A stretch of DNA of 64,000 nt, taken from positions 134,295 to 198,294 of the forward strand of contig CAWDOM010000005.1 in assembly GCA_963803925.1 (NCBI GenBank). The letters are read 5' to 3'. This stretch comes from an uncultured Actinomycetota bacterium (GTDB lineage Bacteria > Actinomycetota > Thermoleophilia > RBG-16-64-13). The notes beneath the pieces are model-generated. The model saw only the letters and a list, made by a program, of their open reading frames with translations, did no database searches and had not been told where the DNA came from. Both the position numbers and the translations under genes were made by a program. Position 1 is the first letter of the stretch, and the number at the start of each line of letters is the position of its first letter. Below, in pieces: positions 29,675-39,582 of the stretch.

Positions 29675-30305
29675 AGCCGTGTCGCGCGTTCTCGACCCCC
29701 GCACGACGGCGCTGCTGCTCTTGCACTGGCAGAACGAACTCGTGAAGCCCGGAGGGAAGATCTACGATCCGATGGGTGGCATCCTCGCGGCGGCCGGCAC
29801 CGTGCAACGCACACAGGCCGTCCTCCAGGCGAGCAGGATCCGCGGTGTGTTTGTCGTCTTCGTGAACGTGGGCCACAGGCGCGGGTACCCCGAATTGGCC
29901 CCCGATCCGGGTCCACTGGCGGCAGGTCTTGTCAGGGCGCAGGCGTTCATCAGGGGGACATGGGGGGCCGAAGTCATCGAAGAACTGCGGCCGCTCGATG
30001 ACGAGATCGAGATCGTCAACTACTCCACGAGCGCTTTCATCTACACCGAACTGGACCTTCTGCTCCGCAACCGAGGCATCACGACCGTCGTTCTCTCCGG
30101 CCTCGCGACCAACTGGGTGGTGGAGAGCACCGCGCGAGACGCCGGCAACAGGGGCTACGCAATCTGGACATTGAGCGACTGCTGCAACAGCTCCAGCCAG
30201 GAGGCACACACTTTCTGCTTGACGAACTCGCTCCCCATGCTGGGCGTCGTCTGCGACTCGGCGTCCTACATTCAGGCTCTGAGCGACCCCGGGCCTGAGC
30301 GGTGA
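29667..30305 (+). CDS. Isochorismatase-family cysteine hydrolase, paralog 2
   Basis: ATG at 29667 with an AAGGAG RBS; overlaps the upstream HGD-D gene by 8 nt. LLLHWQNE...LSDCC. Confidence 0.8.
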   Translation: MSEAVSRVLDPRTTALLLLHWQNELVKPGGKIYDPMGGILAAAGTVQRTQAVLQASRIRGVFVVFVNVGHRRGYPELAPDPGPLAAGLVRAQAFIRGTWGAEVIEELRPLDDEIEIVNYSTSAFIYTELDLLLRNRGITTVVLSGLATNWVVESTARDAGNRGYAIWTLSDCCNSSSQEAHTFCLTNSLPMLGVVCDSASYIQALSDPGPER

Positions 30306-30349
30306 GCGCAACGATCTCATCGGTGAACCACGACACAGGAGCCAAGAAC

Positions 30350-31303
30350 ATGCTCGCAGTAACCGGGGCGACCGGCAAAATCGGAGGCAGAGTGGCGGCC
30401 CGCCTCGCGGCACTCGGTCTCGCGCAGAGAATCATCGCGCGCGATCCGTCGAAGTTGCCGGCCCTGCCCGGCGCGGAAGTTCGCCAGGTCTCCTCCTACG
30501 GCGACCCAGTGGGCATGGGAAAAGCCCTCGCGGGAGTCGATACCCTGTTTCTCGTCTCAGCGCGAGAGATCATGGGTGTGATCATGCAGTCCTACGACCG
30601 CAATGAGCCTGTTCCGTACTACGACCGGCTGCACCAGCATATTTGCGCCGTGTCGGCGGCTGCAGCGGTCGGTGTCAGACACATCGTCTACCTGTCGTTC
30701 CTCAACGCCCAGCCCGATGCGACCTTCTTCGCCGCCCGCGAGCACTACCGCACCGAGGAGTTCATCCGCTCGACCGGCGTTGGGTTCACCTTCATGCGCC
30801 AGGGTCTCTACCTGGACAACGTCCCGGCCCATGTGATGAGCGATGACGTCATGCGTGCACCGGCGGGCCAGGGAAGCGTCGCCTGGATCTCACGCGACGA
30901 TATCGCCGAAGCCGTCGTGGCCGTTCTGACGAGCGCAGGCCACGACGGGCAGACATACGACATCTCCGGGCGAGAGGCGCTCACCATGGCTGAGACGGCC
31001 GATTGTATGTCGGCCGTGCTCGGCAGGAAGATCTCGTACCTCGCTCAGACCCCGCACGAGGCGAGGACCAGTCGCAACATGAGCCGGATGATCGATCTCG
31101 AGCTGGCCCGCCGGGAGAAGACGGGCGACAAGCTGACCGAAACCGAGCTTGAGGGATGGATCTCGCACTACCTCGAGATCGCGACCGGAGAGGCCGGCAC
31201 GATCAGCGACGCTGTCTTTCGCCTCACGGGGCGCCCCGCGGAGACGGTAGCGGAATACCTGCAGAACCATCCTGAGAGCTACAGCTACTTGCTGAAGGGT
31301 TAG
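30350..31303 (+). CDS. NmrA-like / atypical SDR NAD(P)-binding protein
   Basis: MLAVTGATGKIGG start with an AGGAG RBS. An alternative GTG start at 30302 overlaps the upstream stop. Confidence 0.7.
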   Translation: MLAVTGATGKIGGRVAARLAALGLAQRIIARDPSKLPALPGAEVRQVSSYGDPVGMGKALAGVDTLFLVSAREIMGVIMQSYDRNEPVPYYDRLHQHICAVSAAAAVGVRHIVYLSFLNAQPDATFFAAREHYRTEEFIRSTGVGFTFMRQGLYLDNVPAHVMSDDVMRAPAGQGSVAWISRDDIAEAVVAVLTSAGHDGQTYDISGREALTMAETADCMSAVLGRKISYLAQTPHEARTSRNMSRMIDLELARREKTGDKLTETELEGWISHYLEIATGEAGTISDAVFRLTGRPAETVAEYLQNHPESYSYLLKG

Positions 31304-31336
31304 CCACATGGGTCGCACGGAGAGGATGGCTCAGTG

Positions 31337-33220
31337 ATGGGCTACGCGCATGTGTTCAAGCCTTTGAGAATCGGCAGGTTCACTGCGAAGAACCGCGTCG
31401 AGTGCGCGCCTGCCATACCCTTTCTCGCCTCGGAGGACTGCTTCGTCACCCGGGAGCTCGTCGAGTGGTACCGGAGCATAGCCAAAGGCGGCGCGGCCGT
31501 CGTGACCATAGGCGAGACGTCGATCGACTACGAGGACGCCCGCTTGCACGGGCGGGCGAACGTGCTCTGCCTGGGCGACAACCGGTCCATCCACGGTCTG
31601 TCGGTTCTTGCCGAGACCATCCAGCGCTACGACGCCCTCGCCTCCATCGAGCTGAACTACGAAGGGCTCCGCGCGCCGACGGACATGACCGCGGGCGAGA
31701 TCGAGACCGTCATCGAGCGTTTCGCCGATGCGGCAGCCCGCTGCAGACATGCGGGCATGGACATGATCATGATCCATGGAGGCCATGGCCACCTGTTGGG
31801 GAGCTTCTTCTCGCCGGTCACCAATAGGCGCTCCGACCGATACGGGGGAAGCCTTCAGAAACGAGCCCGGCTCGCTCTGGAGGTGCTGGAGGCGGTGCGC
31901 AAGAAGACCGGCAACGATGTCGCCATCGAGTACCGGCTGAGCGCCGACGAGTTGACGCCGGGTGCGCCTTCGGTTGACGAAACCATCGAATTCGCCCAGA
32001 TGATCTCGGACAGGATCGATCTGCTGCATGTGTCGGCGGGCAACATCACGGTGCCCAACACCTGTCCCAGGATGATCCCGCCCATATACCTGCCGCGCGG
32101 CACGAACGTGGAGTATGCGGAGCGCTTCAAGCGCGAGCTGAGCGTCCCGGTGACCGCAGTCGGCTCCCTCACCATGGACATGGCCGAGGAGATCATCGCT
32201 CAGAACAAGGCCGACATGGTCGCCATGATCCGCTCCATCATCGCCGACCCCGATTGCGTGGCGAAGGCGAAGACCGGCCGGCACGCGAGCATACGACCCT
32301 GCGTTCGCTGCAACCGCTGCGTCTCCGAGACCCGAGAGTTCACGCGACCCACTCGCTGCACGGTGAACCCCGTCGCGGGCAGGGAGGCGGAATTCGTGAA
32401 CCTGGCGGCGCCGTCGGGCATAAGAAAGGTCGTTGTGATCGGCGGAGGGCCCGCGGGCATGGAGGCCGCGAAAACGGCGGCCGGGCGTGGCCACGACGTC
32501 GTGCTGTTCGAGAAGGATGCCCGCTTGGGCGGAGCCCTCATCCAGGCGTCGGCTCTGTCATTGAAGAACGACATGAAGACCTACCTCAAGTGGGCGGAGC
32601 GGGCGACGGCGCAGACGCCCGGACTCGAGGTCCGGCTCTCGACTGAAGCGACCGTCGACGCCGTCACGGCGGAGCACCCGGACGTGGTGATCGTCGCCCT
32701 GGGCGGCTCTCCCCGCGTACCCGAACTGCCCGGCATCGACCGGCAGAACGTCATGCTGGCGGGCGATGCTCATGCGGACGGCACGAGGACCGGCGACAAA
32801 GTGGTGGTAGTGGGCGCCGGGATGGTGGGCTGCGAGACGGCTCTGGGTCTTGCTCAGGAGGGCGAATCGGTAGTTCTTGTCGACATGCTGCCCCTCGACC
32901 GGATCGCCCTTGACGCTCACCCGATCAGCAGGACGGCCCTCTTCGCCATGCTGAGGAGCGCTTCTGTCGAGATCGAGGCCCAAACGAAGCTCGAAGCCGT
33001 TACCGCAAGCGGTGTGATCGTCAGCCGTGGCGACGGCAGCAGGGCCGAGATCGCCTGCCACTCTGTGGTGCTCGCCACGGGTGTGACACCCCGCCGCGAG
33101 CCGGAGCGGCTCTTCGAGGCCCTTTGCCACGAGGTTCACGTCATCGGCGATTGCAGACGGGCGGGCGGAAACCTGCGCACGGCCATAGCCGATGGATTCA
33201 ATGCGGCAATCGACATATGA
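31337..33220 (+). CDS. OYE / 2,4-dienoyl-CoA-reductase-like FMN + [4Fe-4S] + FAD/NAD(P) oxidoreductase, paralog 3 (intact)
   Basis: 627 aa with MIHGGHGHLLGSFFSP, RPCVRCNRCV and VVVIGGGPAGMEAA motifs. Confidence 0.8.
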   Translation: MGYAHVFKPLRIGRFTAKNRVECAPAIPFLASEDCFVTRELVEWYRSIAKGGAAVVTIGETSIDYEDARLHGRANVLCLGDNRSIHGLSVLAETIQRYDALASIELNYEGLRAPTDMTAGEIETVIERFADAAARCRHAGMDMIMIHGGHGHLLGSFFSPVTNRRSDRYGGSLQKRARLALEVLEAVRKKTGNDVAIEYRLSADELTPGAPSVDETIEFAQMISDRIDLLHVSAGNITVPNTCPRMIPPIYLPRGTNVEYAERFKRELSVPVTAVGSLTMDMAEEIIAQNKADMVAMIRSIIADPDCVAKAKTGRHASIRPCVRCNRCVSETREFTRPTRCTVNPVAGREAEFVNLAAPSGIRKVVVIGGGPAGMEAAKTAAGRGHDVVLFEKDARLGGALIQASALSLKNDMKTYLKWAERATAQTPGLEVRLSTEATVDAVTAEHPDVVIVALGGSPRVPELPGIDRQNVMLAGDAHADGTRTGDKVVVVGAGMVGCETALGLAQEGESVVLVDMLPLDRIALDAHPISRTALFAMLRSASVEIEAQTKLEAVTASGVIVSRGDGSRAEIACHSVVLATGVTPRREPERLFEALCHEVHVIGDCRRAGGNLRTAIADGFNAAIDI

Positions 33221-33271
33221 AGCCGGGAAATAGCCGAGTACATCGTTCAATGCGACGCTAAGGGGTTCGGA

Positions 33272-34723
33272 ATGAGTGAGATACCTGTGCAAGCCGACGT
33301 GGTCGTGGTCGGCTCTGGTGCGGCAGGCATGTCCGCGGCGGTCACCGCCGCTGAGGGCGGAGCGAGGGTAGTCGTCTTCGAGAAGCAGCGGTCTCTGGGT
33401 GGTACCACCAACTTCCTGCACGGCACGTTCGCCGCCGAGAGCGACATGCAACGCGAGCGCTTCATCGATTTCACACGCGATGAGGCCTTCCGGCACATCA
33501 TGGACTACAGCCATTGGCTGGCGAACCCCTGGCTGGTGCGCGCCATCGTCGACGAGTCGGGGGCGACCATACGTTGGCTGCAGGACCGGGGCGTCGTATT
33601 CACCGACGCGACTATCAACATGCTCGGCTGTCCGCGCACGTATCACATCGTGAAGGGCAAAGGCGAATCCATCGTCAAGGCCCTCGTCACCCAGGCGAAG
33701 GGCAAGGGAGCCGAGGTGCTGCCGGGTCTGCCGGTCACCGCGTTGCTGAAGGAGGGCAACCGAGTCACCGGAGTGCTGGTCGACGACGACGGGCAAGAGG
33801 TCGAGGTGGCTTGCAGGGCCGTCATGCTCGCGACCGGTGGCTTCGCCAACAACAAGGATTGGATCAAGAAGTACTGCGGCCTCGAGCTCGGAGTCGACGT
33901 CATACCGATCGGCAACACCGGCAAGATGGGTGACGGCATCCGCATGGCCTGGGAAGCGGGTGCGGCCGAAGAGGGCATCGAGGTACTCGAGGTTTTCCGA
34001 GTGGCTCCCATTGGTCCGGAGTTCTCCGGCTTCTGCGAGCTCGAGATGGCAGCGATGCAACCCGATCTCTGGGTGACCCCCCTCGGCAAGCGGTTCTGCG
34101 ACGAGACCATCGGCTACTGGGACAGCCATGTCGGCAACGCCAACGTGAAGTGGGGCAAGAGCGGCTACACCTGGAGCGTGTTCGACGATTCGATCATCGA
34201 CAAGATTATGCAAGACGGCATCACCAGGAACATCAGCGTGGAGTTCCTGCCGGGACACAAGCCTCAGAACATCCGCAGGGAGATCCAAGCGGCCATCGAC
34301 AACGGGAGCACCGAGGTGGTGGCAGCCGACTCGGTCGAGCAACTCGCCGCGAAGATGGGCGTCGAACCGGCGATGCTGCGGGCGACGGTCGACGAATACA
34401 ACGCCGTCTGTGCAGACCATCGCGACCCGATATTCGCGAAAGACCGCAAGTATCTTCGCCCCCTGACCGGCCCGCGCTACTACGCCGTCAAGGGCCACAC
34501 GGTATTCCTGGGAACTATGGGCGGCATCAGAATCAACGAGAAGACCGAGGTGCTCGACAAGAAGGATATTGTGATTCCCGGTCTGTACGCGGGTGGCTTC
34601 GACGCCGGTGGCATGTACGGAGACAGCTACCCCATCAAAGGATCGTCAGGCCTTGCCTCGGCCTTCGCCCTTGCCTCCGGACGCATCGCCGGCCAGAACA
34701 TGCTCCAGTATCTCGGAACGTAG
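33272..34723 (+). CDS. FAD-dependent flavoprotein, fumarate-reductase / KstD-like (FAD_binding_2), paralog 2
   Basis: VVGSGAAGMSAAV...GTMGGIRIN...GLYAGGFDAGG. Confidence 0.8.
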   Translation: MSEIPVQADVVVVGSGAAGMSAAVTAAEGGARVVVFEKQRSLGGTTNFLHGTFAAESDMQRERFIDFTRDEAFRHIMDYSHWLANPWLVRAIVDESGATIRWLQDRGVVFTDATINMLGCPRTYHIVKGKGESIVKALVTQAKGKGAEVLPGLPVTALLKEGNRVTGVLVDDDGQEVEVACRAVMLATGGFANNKDWIKKYCGLELGVDVIPIGNTGKMGDGIRMAWEAGAAEEGIEVLEVFRVAPIGPEFSGFCELEMAAMQPDLWVTPLGKRFCDETIGYWDSHVGNANVKWGKSGYTWSVFDDSIIDKIMQDGITRNISVEFLPGHKPQNIRREIQAAIDNGSTEVVAADSVEQLAAKMGVEPAMLRATVDEYNAVCADHRDPIFAKDRKYLRPLTGPRYYAVKGHTVFLGTMGGIRINEKTEVLDKKDIVIPGLYAGGFDAGGMYGDSYPIKGSSGLASAFALASGRIAGQNMLQYLGT

Positions 34724-34877
34724 TTGGACTGCCGGGGCGCTGCCTCTGCTCGACAAGATCACATCCGACCTGGACAAAGGAGGTCATCCGGATAGCGATG
34801 TGATGAGGTCGACGCTTGCCGGGCTGCCGAAGAACGAAAGGCGCGTCCTTTCAGCAGCCCGAGGTGGGTTGGGCCGA

Positions 34878-35051
34878 AGCCCGCCCGTGGGGATGACGCT
34901 CTACGTGATCAAAGGCATAGCACGCGACGTTCCCATCGGGACGATCTTCCGAGGAGCCGTTCCCTTCCTTGCGATGGAGATCATCCTCGTGGCGCTGATC
35001 ATCGCCTTCCCCGTCATTGTGACGTTCCTGCCGAGCATCTCGGCAGGATAG
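34878..35051 (+). pseudogene. Remnant 3-prime end (~55 codons) of a TRAP transporter large-permease (DctM-like) gene
   Basis: GMTLYVIKGIARDVPIGTIFRGAVPFLAMEIILVALIIAFPVIVTFLP resembles a DctM C-terminus. The preceding in-frame sequence looks non-coding. Confidence 0.4.
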
Positions 35052-35120
35052 GCGACCGGCACTGGTTTTGACACCGCGATAGGTCAGGAGCGAGCGATTT
35101 CTGAGACGACCGGTTCTACG

Positions 35121-36632
35121 ATGACCGTGCCTTTGCCGGTGCAATCGGAGCTTCAGCGCCGGCGCCACTATGTGCTCACCGTCGTGTCTATGGGCACATT
35201 CATGACCCCCTTCGACAGCAGCATCATCGCAGTGGCGCTGCCGGCGATGGGCGCGAGCCTGCATCTCAACTACTCGTATGCTCTGTGGGCACAGGCGGCC
35301 TACCTCCTCTTGACGACCGCGCTACTCATTCCCGCCGGCAGGATCGCCGATTCGCGCGGACCCATCCGATACAACCTTGCCGGCAACATCGTCTTCGCCC
35401 TCGGCTCAGCGCTGGCCGGACTTGCCCAGAACGGGCTGATGCTGATCGTCGGCCGCTGCGTCCAGGGCGCCGGCGGCGCGTTCATGTTCGCGACTTCGAC
35501 CGGCATCATCACGGCGGTCTTCCCCCGCTGCCAGCGCGGGAGGGCGATCGGCATCAACCTGACGGCGGGGTACGTCGGCCTGATGGCCGGCCCGGCGGCC
35601 GGCGGGTTCATCGTGGCCCGCCTCGACTGGCGCTGGGTGTTCTTCATCAACCTTCCTGTCGCCGTGGCGGTTCTCGCTGCCGGGTGGACACTCATGAGCG
35701 CGGAGCTTCGCGAGCGGCAGGCCGCGTTGATGGCGCACCGGCCGGCGTGTTCCGAGGGCCGTGGTTTCGTTGCTCGGCGTCATGGTAGAACATCGCTCTG
35801 TCTGCGAAGTGCGGATTGGCAGGCCCCCCTCCTGCTTGCGGCGTTTCTCACAGCCCTCTTCCTCCCCTTGACGTTCTCGCCTCTGTGGGGGTGGAGCAGC
35901 GCTAGAACTATCGGCCTGCTGTTGGCCGCCGTCGTGTTTCTGTTCGCGTTCATCGTGAGAGAAGATCGCGCTACGCAGCCGATGCTCGACCTAGACCTGC
36001 TTCGCGGCAATCGCGTCTTTGCGGTGGCCTGCTCGGCAGCCTTCGTCTACTCCGTGGGGATGTTCGCCGCGATCACCCTCACCGCCGTGTATGCCCAAGT
36101 AGTGCAAGGCCGTTCGGCCGAGCAGGCCGGGCTCATGCTCCTGGTGCAACCGGTTCTCATGGTGCTGATATCCCCCATCGCCGGTCGGCTATCCGACCGA
36201 GTGGGCGCGCGGCCCCTTACCGGCCTCGGCGGGCTCTTGCTGAGCGCCGGCATGATCCAGCTGGCCTTGAGCGGAGACTCGGTCGCGCGCATACTTCTCG
36301 GACTCGCCACGGTGGGAGTGGGGATGGCGGTTTTCAGTTCACCCAACATGTCCGCGATCATGGGAGCCGTGCCGCACCATCAGCTGAACCTCGGCTCCGG
36401 CTTCCAGGCGGCGATGCGCTTTGGTGGACAGGGTTTCTCGATCGCGGTGCTGGGCTCGATCGCCGCCTGGAAGCTCGGTCCTCACGGCGCCCACATCATC
36501 TTCTTGGGCGACAGTGCCTCCGCCGTCAGCGCGTCAGACTTCGCCGACGGCTACCAGGCTGCGATGCTGGTCGGCGCCGGACTGACCTTTCTGGCTTCGC
36601 TGCTCTCATGGCTGGCCCGGCCCGCTCGCTAG
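35121..36632 (+). CDS. MFS transporter (DHA2 / EmrB-QacA-like)
   Basis: 503 aa, about 14 predicted TM segments, MFS motifs (GRIADSRG). The central 30 aa are odd, possibly from compensating frameshifts. Confidence 0.7.
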   Translation: MTVPLPVQSELQRRRHYVLTVVSMGTFMTPFDSSIIAVALPAMGASLHLNYSYALWAQAAYLLLTTALLIPAGRIADSRGPIRYNLAGNIVFALGSALAGLAQNGLMLIVGRCVQGAGGAFMFATSTGIITAVFPRCQRGRAIGINLTAGYVGLMAGPAAGGFIVARLDWRWVFFINLPVAVAVLAAGWTLMSAELRERQAALMAHRPACSEGRGFVARRHGRTSLCLRSADWQAPLLLAAFLTALFLPLTFSPLWGWSSARTIGLLLAAVVFLFAFIVREDRATQPMLDLDLLRGNRVFAVACSAAFVYSVGMFAAITLTAVYAQVVQGRSAEQAGLMLLVQPVLMVLISPIAGRLSDRVGARPLTGLGGLLLSAGMIQLALSGDSVARILLGLATVGVGMAVFSSPNMSAIMGAVPHHQLNLGSGFQAAMRFGGQGFSIAVLGSIAAWKLGPHGAHIIFLGDSASAVSASDFADGYQAAMLVGAGLTFLASLLSWLARPAR

Positions 36633-36675
36633 TCACCGTGCCACGTCGAACTCACGCCTCTTGGGTGCCAGCGGC

Positions 36676-38124
36676 CTATCGCCTCAGGTATAGCAGCATG
36701 CTCGTCGCGGCGAGCCGGCCGGAATTGAAGGCGAAGGCCGAAGCCAGGCCGGACGAGCCCTTGATAGGATAGCTGTCGCCATACATGCCGCCCACGTCGA
36801 AACCACCGGCATAGAGGCCGGGGATGGCGATGTCGTCCTTGTTGACGGCCTCCATCTTGCCGTTGACCCTGATGCCGCCCATCGTTCCCAGAAAGACCGT
36901 TCGACCCTTGACCGCGTAGTACCGGGGGCCGAGGAGGGGCCGGAGAAATCTCGGCTCCTTGGCGAACAGACTATCGCGACCAGCCGCACAATAGCCGTTG
37001 TACTCGTCGACGGTGGCCCTCAGCAGTTCGGCATCGGCACCCATCTTCTCGGCCAACTCCCCTACCGAGTCCGCAGCCACCACTTCGCTACTCCCCCGCT
37101 CGAGAGCCGCCTCGATCTCCTTGAACACGTTCACCGGCCGGTAGCCGGGCATGAAGTCCGCCCCGACGTTGTTGTCGACGCCACGCTCGATCATCTCACC
37201 CAGGATCGCGTCGTCCAGGAGGTTCCAGGTGTAACCATCGCGCGCGTACTTCGCGTTCGCGTTGCCGACGTGCGTATCCCAGAAAGCCACCGTCTCGTCA
37301 CAGAAACGCTCCCCGCGCGGCGTCACCCACAGGTCGGGCTGTGCTGAAGCGATCTCGATGTCGTTCCATGTAGCGAAGTCGGGGGCGAGGGGCGCCACCC
37401 TGAAGAGCTCGAGTAGAGCGACACCCTCCTCCGCGGCGCCGGCCTCCCAGGCCATGCGGATGCCGTCGCCCATCTTCGCGGTGTTGCCGATGGGCACGAC
37501 GTCGCGCCCCAATTCGAAGCCACAGTACCGCTTGATCCACTGCGCGTTGTTGGCGAACCCGCCCGTTGCGATCAGCACGGCGTCGGTCGCGACCTCGGTC
37601 TCCTCCCCGTCCACATCGGCCACGACGCCGGCGACACGACCCTCCTCTTTGACCAGCGAGGTGACCGGCGTCTCGGCCAGGATCACCGCTTCGAGGCTCT
37701 TCGCCCTCACGACGAGGGCTTTCACCACGGCCTCGCCTTTGCCCTTGATAACGTGGTACGTTCGCGGGGCTTCGGGCATGTTGATAGTAGCCTCAGTGAA
37801 CACCACACCCCGCTCCCGCAGCCAACCGATGGTGGAGGCCGACTCGTCGATGATGGCCCTGACCAGCCGGGGATTGGCCCGCCAGTGGCTGTAGTCCATG
37901 ATGCTCTTGAAGGCCTGATCGCGCGTGAAGTCGATGTAGCGCTCACGCTGCATGTCGCTCTCCACGGCGAACGTCCCGTGGATGAAGTTCGTTGTGCCTC
38001 CGAGCGAGCGCTGCTTCTCGAAGACGACAACCTTCACCCCAGCCTCAGCTAGCGTGACCGCGGCCGCGAGGCCGGTCGCGCCGCAACCGACTACGACGGC
38101 ATCGGCCCGCGCCGGGACTTTCAT
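36676..38124 (-). CDS. FAD-dependent flavoprotein, fumarate-reductase / KstD-like (FAD_binding_2), paralog 3
   Basis: VVGCGATGLAAAV...GTMGGIRVN...GLYAGGFDVGG. Confidence 0.8.
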   Translation of the reverse strand: MKVPARADAVVVGCGATGLAAAVTLAEAGVKVVVFEKQRSLGGTTNFIHGTFAVESDMQRERYIDFTRDQAFKSIMDYSHWRANPRLVRAIIDESASTIGWLRERGVVFTEATINMPEAPRTYHVIKGKGEAVVKALVVRAKSLEAVILAETPVTSLVKEEGRVAGVVADVDGEETEVATDAVLIATGGFANNAQWIKRYCGFELGRDVVPIGNTAKMGDGIRMAWEAGAAEEGVALLELFRVAPLAPDFATWNDIEIASAQPDLWVTPRGERFCDETVAFWDTHVGNANAKYARDGYTWNLLDDAILGEMIERGVDNNVGADFMPGYRPVNVFKEIEAALERGSSEVVAADSVGELAEKMGADAELLRATVDEYNGYCAAGRDSLFAKEPRFLRPLLGPRYYAVKGRTVFLGTMGGIRVNGKMEAVNKDDIAIPGLYAGGFDVGGMYGDSYPIKGSSGLASAFAFNSGRLAATSMLLYLRR

Positions 38125-39572
38125 CGCCCGAGATACTTCAGCGCGCTCTTGCCGGCGATGCGCCCCGAGTTGACAGCGAACGCCGAGGCCAGGCCGGACG
38201 AGCCCTTTATGGGATAGCTGTCGCCGTACATGCCTCCAGCGTCGAAGCCGCCCGCGTACAGGCCCGGGATGATGTCGTCCTTCTTGTCGAGCACCTCCAG
38301 CTTGCCGGTCACCTTGATGCCGCCCATGGTGCCGAGGAATACAGTGCGGGCGCGAGTCGCGTAGAACCCCGGACCGACGAGCGGGCGCAGGTAGCGCGCA
38401 TCCTTGGCGAACAGCTCGTCATGACCCTTGGCGCAGTAGCTGTTGTACTCGTCGACAGTCGCCTTCAACACTGCCGGGTCGATCTCAAGCTGTGCGGCAA
38501 GACCTTCCAACGAACCGGCGGCGAACACCTCGCCGCTGCCGTGGTCGAGAGCCGCCTGGATCTCGTTGCGCAGATTGGTCAGCTTGTACCCGGGCGGAAA
38601 GTCCATGCCCACGCCTTTGTCCAGGCCCCACGTCATCAGCCGCTCGACGACAGTGTCGTCGAAGATGCTGAAGGTGCAGCCGTCCTTCATGAACCTTCCC
38701 TGGGCGTTGCCGACCGGGGTGTCCCAGAAAGTGATGGTCTCGTCGCAGAACCGCTCGCCGCGAGCCGTCACCCAAAGGTCGGGCTGCGCCGACGCCTGCT
38801 CCAGGTTGCAGCCCATGGCGAACTCCTCGCCCACCGGTGCCACTCGGAACATTTCGATGGTGCGCACGCCTTCCTCTGCCGCGCCCACTTCCCAGGCCAT
38901 GCGCAACCCGTCTCCGGTCTTGCCCGTGTTGCCCACGGGAAAGAGGTTCACTCCGAGGTCGTAGCCGGTGTACTTCTTGACCCACTCCTTGTTGTTGGCG
39001 TAGCCGCCGCTGGCGACCACGACCGCCTTGACCGCCACTTCGACCTCTTCGCCGTCTGACTCAACGATGACGCCACCGACCCGGTTGCCTTGCTTGAGTA
39101 TGGCCACCACTGGGGTGCCGGGTAGAAACGTCACTCCCTTGGCCCTCGCCTGGTCGACCAGGGCCTTCACGACCGCTTCGCCCCTACCCTTGATGACGTG
39201 GTAGGTGAGCGGCGACTCGGGCATGTTGATGGTCGCGTCGGTGAACACGACACCCTGGCTCTGCAGCCAACCAATGGTCGCACCCGACTCGTCGACGATC
39301 GAGCGCACCAGCCGGGGATTGGCCATCCAGTGACTGTAGTCCATGGTGTTCTTGAAGCACTGGTCGCGCGTGTAGTCCACGTAGCGCTCACGCTGCATGT
39401 CGCTTTCGACGGCGAAGGTGCCCTGGAAGAAGTTCGAGGTGCCCCCCAGAGACCTCTGCTTCTCGAACACGACGACCTTCGCTCCGCCCTCGGCCAGGGT
39501 CAGAGCCGCGGCCAAACCGGTGGCGCCGGAACCGATGACCGCTACGTCAGCATTCTCGGGAATGGAACCCAT
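38121..39572 (-). CDS. FAD-dependent flavoprotein, fumarate-reductase / KstD-like (FAD_binding_2), paralog 4
   Basis: AVIGSGATGLAAAL...GTMGGIKVT. ATGA overlap with paralog 3. Confidence 0.8.
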   Translation of the reverse strand: MGSIPENADVAVIGSGATGLAAALTLAEGGAKVVVFEKQRSLGGTSNFFQGTFAVESDMQRERYVDYTRDQCFKNTMDYSHWMANPRLVRSIVDESGATIGWLQSQGVVFTDATINMPESPLTYHVIKGRGEAVVKALVDQARAKGVTFLPGTPVVAILKQGNRVGGVIVESDGEEVEVAVKAVVVASGGYANNKEWVKKYTGYDLGVNLFPVGNTGKTGDGLRMAWEVGAAEEGVRTIEMFRVAPVGEEFAMGCNLEQASAQPDLWVTARGERFCDETITFWDTPVGNAQGRFMKDGCTFSIFDDTVVERLMTWGLDKGVGMDFPPGYKLTNLRNEIQAALDHGSGEVFAAGSLEGLAAQLEIDPAVLKATVDEYNSYCAKGHDELFAKDARYLRPLVGPGFYATRARTVFLGTMGGIKVTGKLEVLDKKDDIIPGLYAGGFDAGGMYGDSYPIKGSSGLASAFAVNSGRIAGKSALKYLGR

Positions 39573-39582
39573 GCCGAACCTC

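Noticed and set aside
36633-36675. Convergent junction between the MFS gene and flavoprotein paralog 3, as a possible bidirectional terminator
   Set aside because: There is no convincing GC-rich hairpin followed by a T-run. Intrinsic terminators are in any case rare in high-GC genomes.
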